NCBI RefSeq assembly: GCF_000026545.1
Contig: NC_011601.1
Source: Escherichia coli O127:H6 str. E2348/69
Lineage (GTDB): Bacteria > Pseudomonadota > Gammaproteobacteria > Enterobacterales > Enterobacteriaceae
Reading direction: 5' to 3' (one strand)
DNA length: 64,000 nt
Under the pieces are notes generated by a model, which did not search any database, was not told the DNA's origin, and worked only from the letters and a program-made list of their open reading frames with translations. The position numbers and the translations under genes were made by a program. Shown in pieces: positions 11,562-20,681 of the stretch; the first letter of the stretch is position 1, and every line of letters starts with the position of its first letter.

Positions 11562-11741
11562 ATGAGAAAAATACTGGTGTATTTATGTATTAGCATATGG
11601 ATTGTTATATCATGCGTGCCTATCATATTAACTAGCGAGTATTTAACAGAGGCGAGTATAATGGCATTGATGTTTGGTCATGCCAATGCACTATGTATTG
11701 GGGTTTTTATTTCTATTATTTATATAGAATGCTGGAGGTAA
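11562..11741 (+). CDS. Small hydrophobic ORF (59 aa), hypothetical membrane peptide
   Basis: ATG with weak SD (AGGGA). Translation MRKILVYLCISIWIVISCVPIILTSEYLTEASIMALMFGHANALCIGVFISIIYIECWR predicts two transmembrane helices. Lies in an AT-rich island; unproven. Confidence 0.25.
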   Translation: MRKILVYLCISIWIVISCVPIILTSEYLTEASIMALMFGHANALCIGVFISIIYIECWR

Positions 11742-11799
11742 ATAGTGTGAACAGCATTAGTTTGATGATTTTATACTGAACTAAAGGGGGAAAGAGGCA

Positions 11800-11852
11800 A
11801 CGAAAAAAGACCTCCACCAGGTACGAATCTGAGGCGGGCAGATGGAGGTCGA
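11800..11852 (-). terminator. Candidate rho-independent terminator on the minus strand (8-bp stem GACCTCCA/TGGAGGTC, long loop, T6)
   Basis: On the minus strand the hairpin is followed by TTTTTT. Positioned downstream of the degraded permease gene. The long loop lowers confidence. Confidence 0.3.
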
Positions 11853-12129
11853 TATCTACACGATTAAATTGATAAGTAAAAGCCCCATCAGGGGTTGATT
11901 TGTTCGAGTCTAATTTAAAGTAATTTCAACGATTTGGCAGAATTTCTTAGAGTTAATGATTTTCAAGTTTTCGATTACCAGGAAAAAGGCTGGGAGCTGA
12001 TAAAATAGTCATCTGCATTCCTTAAATTGTGTAAGGGTGAAAGGATAAAGTTCAATTTAAAGGCGGTACAATATTAGCACCATCTTATATATGTAATGAT
12101 TGATTTGCCTCTTTATTCTACTGTTGAGA

Positions 12130-12720
12130 TTATTGTTTCCGAAAATTGATTATTATCAGCGCGAAAAGAAATGCTACAGCAAATAAGAGGACGATTGTCG
12201 GCGCTGGGGCTCTGTCGAGAAAATATAATAACCATACGCCTGATATTGTTATTGATATCGTTACGGCGATAAGTAATGCCTTATGAAAGCGACGCGTGGT
12301 GAGGACAGCAATAGACCCTGGAGCTGTTAATAGTATATAGACAGAATAATTCCGACTGCTTTTAATGTGGCAAAAATGGTAGGCGATACCATGCAGAGTA
12401 AACTGTAATGTAATAATGATATCTGTAATCCGCTGACTTGTGCCTGTTGATAGTCAAGACAAAAATTCCTGAAAAAACGATACCTATAATGGTATCTTTC
12501 TTTATGATGCTATTATCTTTCAGATAGCCAGTTGCAATTGCACAAGACAGTCCTACAATAAATGCACCAATTCCCAGCGGCATACCTATAATCCAGGCTA
12601 GAACTATGCCAGGAAACATTGCGTGGTTCATTGCATCTCCTATTAGCGCCCAGTCTTTTAATACCAGAAAAACTGATAATAATGCACAGGGAACGATATT
12701 ATAATAGCGATTATCAATGC
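12130..12720 (-). pseudogene. Metal ABC-transporter permease fragment (ZnuB/MntB/SitD-like), degraded
   Basis: Minus-strand fragments: MNHAMFPGIVLAWIIGMPLGIGAFIVGLSCAIATGYLKDNSIIKKDTIIGIVFSGIFVLTI (resembles the H-A-x-x-PG and IGIVFSG motifs of ABC-3 permeases) followed by out-of-frame C-terminal pieces (..LLFAVAFLFALIIINFRKQ). No intact reading frame. Confidence 0.45.
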
Positions 12721-12785
12721 ATAATTCATAAATTTAAATTGTAATGATTAGAGGGTAAAATGTCAGCACATTTGCGAAATGAATC

Positions 12786-12810
12786 AAAAAGCCCGCAGCA
12801 ATGTGCGGGC
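12786..12810 (-). terminator. uspF rho-independent terminator
   Basis: Hairpin GCCCGCACATTGCTGCGGGC followed by a T-run on the minus strand, immediately 3' of uspF. Confidence 0.55.
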
Positions 12811-12817
12811 GTTAGTG

Positions 12818-13333
<516 letters not shown>

Positions 13334-13392
13334 TTAGATCAAAGGAGGATGAATAGGCAGAAAAAGCCCGCCAAAACAGCGGGCAGGGGGAT

Positions 13393-14526
13393 TTAGAACT
13401 GATAAACCAGACCTAAAGCGACGATATCATCGGTAGAGATGCCGTTGGCAGCGTAGAAACTGTCATCTTCATCCAACAGGTTGATTTTATAGTCAACATA
13501 GGTGGACATGTTTTTATTGAAATAGTAAGTCGCGCCAACATCGGCGTATTTAACCAGATCTTTATCATCAACACCTGCTGGGTTGTCTGCACCACCGGCA
13601 GCGTGCAGGTCACGGCCTTTAGACATCAGGAAAGAGACTGTCGGACGCAGACCAAAATCAAACTGGTACTGTGCAGTGACTTCAAAGTTCTGGGTTTTGT
13701 TTGCAACAGCATAATCGCTGTCGCCAAACGGGGTCATATTACGCGTTTCTGAATACATGGTTGCCAGGTAAATATTGTTAGCATCGTATTTTAGCCCAGC
13801 AGTCCACGCGTCTGCTTTATCACCACCCGCCGCAGTATGGTTAACCTGGTCATTGGTGCGGTCAGAAGAGGTGTATGCCGCACCAGCGCTAAAGCCCATG
13901 CCTAAATCATATGTTGTGGAAAGACCCCAGCCGTCACCGTTTTCATGGCGAACATCACGTCCGTTGTTGGTGCCTTCCTGACCATTACTGGCACCTTCGT
14001 TGTTACCTTGATACTGCACCGCGAAGTTCAGACCATTTACCAGACCGAAGAAATCAGTATTACGATAAGTCGCGACGCCATTGGCACGACCAGTCATAAA
14101 GTTGTCTGCATTGGTATAAGAGTCACCGCCAAATTCAGGTAGCATATCAGTCCAGCCTTCGATGTCGTACATTACGCCATAATTACGTCCGTAATCGAAA
14201 GAACCGTAATCTGCAAATTTCAGTCCGGCAAATGCCAGACGGGTCCATGACTGGTTTGTTGAAGATTCGGTGTTGTTTGCCTGAATATTGTATTCCCATT
14301 GACCGTAGCCAGTGAGTTGATCGTTAATTTGGGTTTCGCCTTTAAAACCCAGACGAGCATAGCTCTGGTCGCCATCTTTCGCTGAATTATCAGAAAAATA
14401 ATGCAGGCCATCAACTTTGCCATACAGATCTAATTTGTTGCCGTCTTTATTATAAACTTCGGCTGCATGTGCAGCACCTGCAGCGAGCAGGGCAGGAATT
14501 AAGAGTGCCAGTACTTTGCTTTTCAT
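13393..14526 (-). CDS. ompN: Outer-membrane porin OmpN
   Basis: 377 aa, signal peptide ([21 protein letters not shown]), C-terminal ..GLVYQF beta-barrel signature, general porin family. Confidence 0.9.
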   Translation of the reverse strand: MKSKVLALLIPALLAAGAAHAAEVYNKDGNKLDLYGKVDGLHYFSDNSAKDGDQSYARLGFKGETQINDQLTGYGQWEYNIQANNTESSTNQSWTRLAFAGLKFADYGSFDYGRNYGVMYDIEGWTDMLPEFGGDSYTNADNFMTGRANGVATYRNTDFFGLVNGLNFAVQYQGNNEGASNGQEGTNNGRDVRHENGDGWGLSTTYDLGMGFSAGAAYTSSDRTNDQVNHTAAGGDKADAWTAGLKYDANNIYLATMYSETRNMTPFGDSDYAVANKTQNFEVTAQYQFDFGLRPTVSFLMSKGRDLHAAGGADNPAGVDDKDLVKYADVGATYYFNKNMSTYVDYKINLLDEDDSFYAANGISTDDIVALGLVYQF

Positions 14527-14753
14527 TGAATAAATCCTTTAGTTATTTTATTTGCCTTTCATCCCCATTTCGGGGAGTGAAAACATCCTAAAGGAGAAGT
14601 TCAGTTAGCCGATAAATATCATTTGTTACGCCTTAAGTAAAACCTTAATTAAATAATTCTTCTGAAATGGTAATAAGTCTGGTGAATGTATTGGAAATAA
14701 CACATACAAAATAAAAATTATACTTTTAATTTTCTATACATTATTCTGCGCGG

Positions 14754-14862
14754 GTTATATGCCTTTATTGTCACAGATTTTATTTTCTGTTGGGCCATTG
14801 CATTGCTACTGATTTTCCAACACATAAGAAGACAAGCCCGAACAGTCGTCCGGGCTTTTTTT
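14754..14862 (+). ncRNA. micC: MicC small regulatory RNA (Hfq-dependent, represses ompC)
   Basis: Sequence GTTATATGCCTTTATTGTCACAGATTTTATTTTCTGTTGGGCCATTGCATTGC...GACAAGCCCGAACAGTCGTCCGGGCTTTTTTT matches MicC as I recall it, including the 5' seed region and the terminator hairpin. Located between ompN and ydbK as in K-12. Confidence 0.8.
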
Positions 14863-14890
14863 AGAATTGGATAATCCTTATCCAGAGCAT

Positions 14891-17800
14891 TTAATCGGTG
14901 TTGCTTTTTTCCGCTTTTCCGGCCATTTGTGCCAGAAAGTCATAGCGTTTTTGCAAATCAGCTGCAGCATCTTTCCATAACTGTTCTGCCACTTCTGGCT
15001 GCTGCGAATTCAGACGACGGAAACGCTGCTCGTGAAGTAACGTTTCTTCCAGTGCTTCTGACGGCGGGCGTGAATCCAGCGCCAGCGGCAGTTTGCCTTC
15101 ATCGGCACGACGAGGATCGAAGCGATATAACGGCCAGAAGCCGGTAGCAGTGAGTTGGCGCATCTGATCGTGGCTGAGTGCCAGATCGTAACCATGCTCT
15201 TCACATGGGCTATAAGCGATGATCAGCGATGGCCCCGGATACGCTTCCGCTTCCTGAATCGCTTTCACCGTCTGGTTCAGCTGCGCGCCGAGAGAAATCT
15301 GCGCCACATAAACATGACCGTACATCATCATACTGACGCCAAGATCTTTACGCGCTTTACGTTTGCCATGCTCGCCAAACTTAGTTACTGCACCCAGCGG
15401 TGTCGCTTTCGATGCCTGACCACCGGTGTTGGAATAGCATTGCGTATCCAGCACCAGAATGTTGACGTTTTCTGTCAAACTCAATACATGATCCAGACCG
15501 CCAAAGCCGATATCGTAAGCCCAGCCATCGCCACCAATCAGCCAGATTGATTTTTCCACCAGTGCATCTGCGTCACGCAGCAGTTCATGTGCTTCGGCAA
15601 CATCGTTGAGTTGCTGGCGTAAAGCTGCAACCTGTTCACGACGAACCTCTGGCGTGGCGTCTGATTTCAACGCAGTCAGTAATTCCGCCGGGATTTTATC
15701 GGCAAATTGATCGAGCAGACGCAGCACGCGGACACGGTGTTGATCGACCGTCAGGCGGAAACCAAGGCCAAATTCGGCGTTATCTTCAAACAGCGAGTTC
15801 GCCCATGCCGGTCCACGACCATTGGCATCGGTGGTATATGGTGTTGAAGGCAGGTTACCGCCGTATATTGAAGAACAGCCAGTGGCATTAGCGATCAACA
15901 TCCGGTCGCCATAGAGCTGAGTCAGCAATTTAATATACGGCGTCTCGCCACAACCGGAGCAAGCACCGGAATATTCAAACAGCGGTGTAATCAGCTGCGA
16001 TGTACGAATATCAATACGTTCCAGTTTGCTACGGTCGATTTCTGGCAGGTTGAGGAAGAAATCGTAATTGATTTTCTCTTCTTCGACATGTTCCAGGCGC
16101 GACATCATATTGATGGCTTTAATCTCTGGATTCTGACGGTCTTTCGCCGGGCAAACTTCGACGCACAGGTTACAACCGGTGCAATCTTCCGGAGCCACCT
16201 GCAAGACATATTTCTGCCCGCGCATATCACGCGATTTCACATCCAGCGAATGCAGGCTGGCAGGGGCGTTTTCCATCGCTTCAGGCGGTACCACTTTTGC
16301 GCGAATAGCTGAGTGTGGGCAAGCGGCGACACAGTGGTTACATTGGGTACAGAGTTCCTCTTTCCAGATGGGGATCTCTTCGGCGATATTGCGTTTTTCC
16401 CAGCGCGTGGTGCCCATCGGCCAGGTGCCGTCTGGCGGCAGCGCCGAAACGGGGAGGGCGTCGCCAAGCCCGGCGAGCATCGCAGCGGTTACGGTTTTCA
16501 CGAAATCAGGAGCGGCATCGGAAACCACTGGCGGTCGATTGGCGCTATGCGGATTAACTGGCTGCAGTGGAACTTCTTCTACGGATTCACGCGCCAGCGC
16601 CAGAGCCTGCCAGTTGCGTTCCACCAGATCCTGGCCTTTGCTACTGTAACTTTTGGCAATCGCACCCTGCAATTCTGCGAGGGCACTATCGCCAGGCAGA
16701 ATCTGCGTCAGATGGAAAAAAGCCATCTGCATGACGGTATTAATACGGGCCGCCAGGCCACATTCGCGGGCGATTTTCGCCGCGTTAATCACATAGAAGC
16801 GCGCTTTTTTCTGGTTTAGCACGGCCTGAACTTCCTGCGGCAAGCGCGACCACACTTCAACTGCGCTGTACGGCGTGTTGAGCAGGAAAATGCCGCCAGG
16901 TTTTAAACGCTCAGCCATCTGATATTTATCGATAAACTGCAACTGGTGGCAGCCAACAAAATCAGCCTGGGAAATGAGATAAGCGGAACGAATCGGCTGT
17001 TCGCTCACGCGAAGGTGAGAAACCGTCAGGCCGCCCGCCTTTTTGGAATCGTAAACAAAATAGCCCTGTGCGTACCACGGCGTGGAATTACCGATAATCT
17101 TGATATTGTTTTTGGTCGCGGAAACGCTGCCATCACTACCAAGGCCATAAAACAAGGCTTCCAGTTTCGCCGAGTTTGGTAGGGTGTTTTCCGGCAACGG
17201 CAGTGACAGATTGGTTACATCATCGTAAATACCAACCGTAAAGCGCGCTTTCGGTTTAGCCGCGTTGAGCTCGGCAAATACCGCCAGTACACAGTCCGGG
17301 CCAAATTCTTTGGATGAAAGACCATAGCGCCCACCAATGACACGGGGCAGGGTTTCGCGCTCGCCATTATTAAAGGCTTCTGCCAGTGCGGTCATCACAT
17401 CCAGGTACAGGGGTTCCGCTTGCGCACCTGGCTCTTTGGTTCTGTCCAGTACCGCCACGTTGCGCACGGATCCCGGCAGAGCTAGCAGCAAGTGTTTGGC
17501 GGAGAAGGGGCGGTACAGGCGAACTTTCAGCACGCCGACTTTTTCGCCACGGGTCAGCAATTCATCAACCACTTCTTCACTGGTGCCAATGGCAGAGCCC
17601 ATCAGGATAATCACCCGTTCCGCTTGCGGATGCCCGTAATACTCAAACGGCTGATACTGACGACCTGTCGCGGCAGCGAAATCATTCATCGCCTGTTCAA
17701 CATGGTCATAGACCGCGTTGTACCATGGGTTGGTGGCTTCGCGAGACTGGAAATAAGTGTCAGGATTGGCGGACGTACCGCGGATCACCGGATGTTCCGG

Positions 17801-18415
17801 GTTGAGTGCCCGGGCGCGATGAGCATCAATTTCTGCCTGCGGCATCAGTTCAAGAATCGTGTCATCGGCCAGCGGGACAATTTTATTGATTTCGTGGGAT
17901 GTGCGGAAACCATCAAAGAAATGAATAAATGGCACGCGGCTTTTCAGCGTCGCGATGTGCGAAATGAGAGCAAAGTCTTGCGCTTCCTGGACGTTTGCTG
18001 CACACAACATCGCGCAACCCGTCTGGCGCACCGCCATAACGTCGGAATGATCGCCAAAAATAGAGAGTGCATGTGTGGCAACGGTACGTGCCGCAACATG
18101 CAGGACAAACGGTGTGAGTTCGCCTGCCAGTTTGTACAGCGTCGGGATCATCAGCAGCAAACCCTGCGATGACGTAAACGATGTTGAGAGGGCACCAGTT
18201 TGCAAAGCACCATGCACGGTAGCGATAGCACCCGCTTCCGACTGCATTTCAACCACGCGTGGTGTGTCTCCCCAAACGTTTTTCAAGCCGTTTCCGGCCC
18301 ATGCATCAGCCTGTTCTGCCATCGTGGAACTGGGGGTAATAGGGTAGATGGCGATAACTTCACTGGTGCGAAACGCCACCGAAGCAACCGCGCCATTACC
18401 GTCAATAGTAATCAT
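14891..18415 (-). CDS. ydbK: Pyruvate:flavodoxin/ferredoxin oxidoreductase
   Basis: 1174 aa. Two 4Fe-4S ferredoxin motifs (CTQCNHCVAACPHSAI, CTGCNLCVEVCP) and a TPP-binding region (GGDGWAYDIG). Confidence 0.95.
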   Translation of the reverse strand: MITIDGNGAVASVAFRTSEVIAIYPITPSSTMAEQADAWAGNGLKNVWGDTPRVVEMQSEAGAIATVHGALQTGALSTSFTSSQGLLLMIPTLYKLAGELTPFVLHVAARTVATHALSIFGDHSDVMAVRQTGCAMLCAANVQEAQDFALISHIATLKSRVPFIHFFDGFRTSHEINKIVPLADDTILELMPQAEIDAHRARALNPEHPVIRGTSANPDTYFQSREATNPWYNAVYDHVEQAMNDFAAATGRQYQPFEYYGHPQAERVIILMGSAIGTSEEVVDELLTRGEKVGVLKVRLYRPFSAKHLLLALPGSVRNVAVLDRTKEPGAQAEPLYLDVMTALAEAFNNGERETLPRVIGGRYGLSSKEFGPDCVLAVFAELNAAKPKARFTVGIYDDVTNLSLPLPENTLPNSAKLEALFYGLGSDGSVSATKNNIKIIGNSTPWYAQGYFVYDSKKAGGLTVSHLRVSEQPIRSAYLISQADFVGCHQLQFIDKYQMAERLKPGGIFLLNTPYSAVEVWSRLPQEVQAVLNQKKARFYVINAAKIARECGLAARINTVMQMAFFHLTQILPGDSALAELQGAIAKSYSSKGQDLVERNWQALALARESVEEVPLQPVNPHSANRPPVVSDAAPDFVKTVTAAMLAGLGDALPVSALPPDGTWPMGTTRWEKRNIAEEIPIWKEELCTQCNHCVAACPHSAIRAKVVPPEAMENAPASLHSLDVKSRDMRGQKYVLQVAPEDCTGCNLCVEVCPAKDRQNPEIKAINMMSRLEHVEEEKINYDFFLNLPEIDRSKLERIDIRTSQLITPLFEYSGACSGCGETPYIKLLTQLYGDRMLIANATGCSSIYGGNLPSTPYTTDANGRGPAWANSLFEDNAEFGLGFRLTVDQHRVRVLRLLDQFADKIPAELLTALKSDATPEVRREQVAALRQQLNDVAEAHELLRDADALVEKSIWLIGGDGWAYDIGFGGLDHVLSLTENVNILVLDTQCYSNTGGQASKATPLGAVTKFGEHGKRKARKDLGVSMMMYGHVYVAQISLGAQLNQTVKAIQEAEAYPGPSLIIAYSPCEEHGYDLALSHDQMRQLTATGFWPLYRFDPRRADEGKLPLALDSRPPSEALEETLLHEQRFRRLNSQQPEVAEQLWKDAAADLQKRYDFLAQMAGKAEKSNTD

Positions 18416-18688
18416 ATGACACCCTTACATTGCGCAAATGAGGGGCGCACGAAATTGCTGCGCGCCCAGTAGTAATCGTTCAATTTTAGCAAATGGCTTT
18501 CTTCTGCATTTTCGCTTTTGTGTCCCCCACATCAGCGTAATGAATGTTTTGATCAAACAGAGGGCAAAAAAATAGCCATAAAAAAGTAAAAATGCGGGGC
18601 AACGCGCAGGACAGCTCTCGACGCCGCCCTCTGTGCTGCCTATTATTTATGGTGGTGTCGTTTGGCTTGAAGATCAGAGGAAGAAAAG

Positions 18689-18955
18689 ATGCGAGCAGCG
18701 TTTTGGGTAGGGTGTGCCGCTTTATTGTTGTCGGCGTGTAGTAGTGAACCTGTTCAGCAGGCGACTGCGGCGCACGTAGCGCCTGGTTTAAAAGCGTCGA
18801 TGTCCAGTAGTGGAGAAGCAAATTGTGCAATGATCGGCGGTTCGCTTTCTGTTGCCCGTCAACTGGATGGTACGGCGATTGGGATGTGTGCATTACCCAA
18901 CGGCAAACGCTGTAGCGAACAGTCACTTGCCGCCGGGAGCTGTGGCAGCTATTAA
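18689..18955 (+). CDS. ydbJ: Small lipoprotein-like protein YdbJ (DUF333)
   Basis: 88 aa with signal peptide and lipobox-like LSAC. Synteny between ydbK and hslJ. Confidence 0.75.
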   Translation: MRAAFWVGCAALLLSACSSEPVQQATAAHVAPGLKASMSSSGEANCAMIGGSLSVARQLDGTAIGMCALPNGKRCSEQSLAAGSCGSY

Positions 18956-19374
18956 TTCATTAAATCCGCCAGCTTATAAGTTAATGTCTGTTTCGCGGTC
19001 GCCAGCGTTAACTGGTTCGCGGTCAGATCCACTTGTGCACCTTCTTTCAGCATTTCGCTAATGGTGTTATCGAGTTCATTAAGCTGCGGGTTAGCGCACA
19101 TCATACGGGTCATTGCCAGCCCTTTGGCGGTCAGTTCACCATTAGACAGTTTGCCTTCACCGCTAAAGCGGTTACACATGCTGCCGGAAATCATCATCTT
19201 TTCACCAAAGCTGATTTCTGGCGGATTTTTATCGCTGGTCACGGGCTTACCGTTTACGCTTTCCAGCACAAAGCGATGATGCTGTAGCTGTTCTGGCGTT
19301 ACAGCAATTTTGTCACTACTTACACATCCCGCCATCAGCAGGCTTAGCGCAACAAGCGCGGCTACTTTCTTCAT
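18952..19374 (-). CDS. hslJ: Heat-shock lipoprotein HslJ
   Basis: Start at MKKVAALVALSLLMAGC (lipobox), 140 aa, META domain. Confidence 0.85.
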   Translation of the reverse strand: MKKVAALVALSLLMAGCVSSDKIAVTPEQLQHHRFVLESVNGKPVTSDKNPPEISFGEKMMISGSMCNRFSGEGKLSNGELTAKGLAMTRMMCANPQLNELDNTISEMLKEGAQVDLTANQLTLATAKQTLTYKLADLMN

Positions 19375-19484
19375 TGTGGTTCTCAATTACTGTTTCTGAT
19401 TCAGGACTATTTTAAGAATAGAGGATGAAAGGTCTTTGGGGATTATCTGAATAAGCTCCCCTGGAATGCAGGGGAGCGGCAAGA

Positions 19485-20474
19485 TTAAACCAGTTCGTTC
19501 GGGCAGGTTTCGCCTTTTTCCAGATTGCTTAAGTTTTGCAGCGTAGTCTGAGAAATACTGGTCAGAGCTTCTGCTGTCAGGAATGCCTGGTGCCCGGTAA
19601 ACAGCACATTGTGGCAGGCAGACAAGCGACGGAATACGTCATCCTGGATCACGTCGTTGGATTTATCTTCAAAGAACAGATCGCGTTCGTTCTCATACAC
19701 GTCCATACCCAACGAACCAATTTTCTGATTTTTCAGCGCTTCAATTGCCGCCTGAGAATCAATCAATGCACCGCGACTGGTATTGACGATCATCACGCCA
19801 TTTTTCATCTGATCGAAGGCGGCTTCGTTCAACAGATGGTAGTTTTCCGGTGTCAGCGGGCAGTGCAGAGAGATAACGTCTGATTCAGAGAACAGGGTTG
19901 GCAGATCGACATACTCCACACCGAGTTCCAGCGCCGCCGCACTTGGATACGGATCGAACGCCAGCAGACGCATACCAAAACCTTTCAGAATGCGCAGCAT
20001 CGCCACACCGATTTTACCGGTACCGATAACGCCTGCCGTTTTGCCATACATAGTAAAGCCGGTCAGACCTTCCAGAGAGAAGTTAGCGTCACGGGTACGC
20101 TGATACGCGCGGTGAATACGGCGGTTCAGCGTCATCATCATACCGATGGCGTGTTCAGCAACGGCCTCTGGATCATAGGCTGGAACACGGACTACTTTGA
20201 GCCCCAGTTCTTTTGCCGCGTCAAGGTCGACGTTATTGAAACCGGCACAGCGCAGGGCGATATATTTAACGCCGTGCTTTTTCAGCTCTTCCAGCACCGG
20301 GCGGCTGCCGTCATCGTTTACGAAAATACATACCGCTTCGCAGCCATTGGCAGTTTTAGCGGTTTTTTCCGTCAGCAGAAAGTCAAAAAATTCCAGCTCA
20401 AAGCCAAAGGACTCGTTCACCTGTTGCAGGTACTTCTTGTCGTACTGTTTTGTGCTATAAACGGCGAGTTTCAT
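19485..20474 (-). CDS. ldhA: Fermentative D-lactate dehydrogenase (NAD-dependent)
   Basis: 329 aa, D-isomer-specific 2-hydroxyacid dehydrogenase fold with NAD-binding GxGxxG (GVIGTGKIG). Confidence 0.9.
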   Translation of the reverse strand: MKLAVYSTKQYDKKYLQQVNESFGFELEFFDFLLTEKTAKTANGCEAVCIFVNDDGSRPVLEELKKHGVKYIALRCAGFNNVDLDAAKELGLKVVRVPAYDPEAVAEHAIGMMMTLNRRIHRAYQRTRDANFSLEGLTGFTMYGKTAGVIGTGKIGVAMLRILKGFGMRLLAFDPYPSAAALELGVEYVDLPTLFSESDVISLHCPLTPENYHLLNEAAFDQMKNGVMIVNTSRGALIDSQAAIEALKNQKIGSLGMDVYENERDLFFEDKSNDVIQDDVFRRLSACHNVLFTGHQAFLTAEALTSISQTTLQNLSNLEKGETCPNELV

Positions 20475-20681
20475 AAGACTTTCTCCAGTGATGTTGAATC
20501 ACATTTAAGCTACTAAAAATATTTTACAAAATTTCAAATATAATTGAAAGTTATGGCGATATTGAAAAATTCATCAACAACTATGCTTAGTGTAGGCGCA
20601 ACCTTCAACTGAACGGTTAAACATGCCACAATACCCGTATTGAATGCTTAATTTTTCGCTAAATCAGGATATTAACTACCC

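Noticed and set aside
14891..18415. Many ORFs of 60-230 aa on either strand overlapping ydbK (for example 17492..18172, 16313..16819)
   Set aside because: Overlapping or antisense frames within a long, well-supported gene; a GC-rich sequence produces long spurious ORFs.
18486..18926. 146-aa minus-strand ORF across the ydbK-ydbJ intergenic region
   Set aside because: Overlaps the ydbJ coding sequence and the divergent promoter region; no ribosome-binding site or domain signal. Likely spurious.
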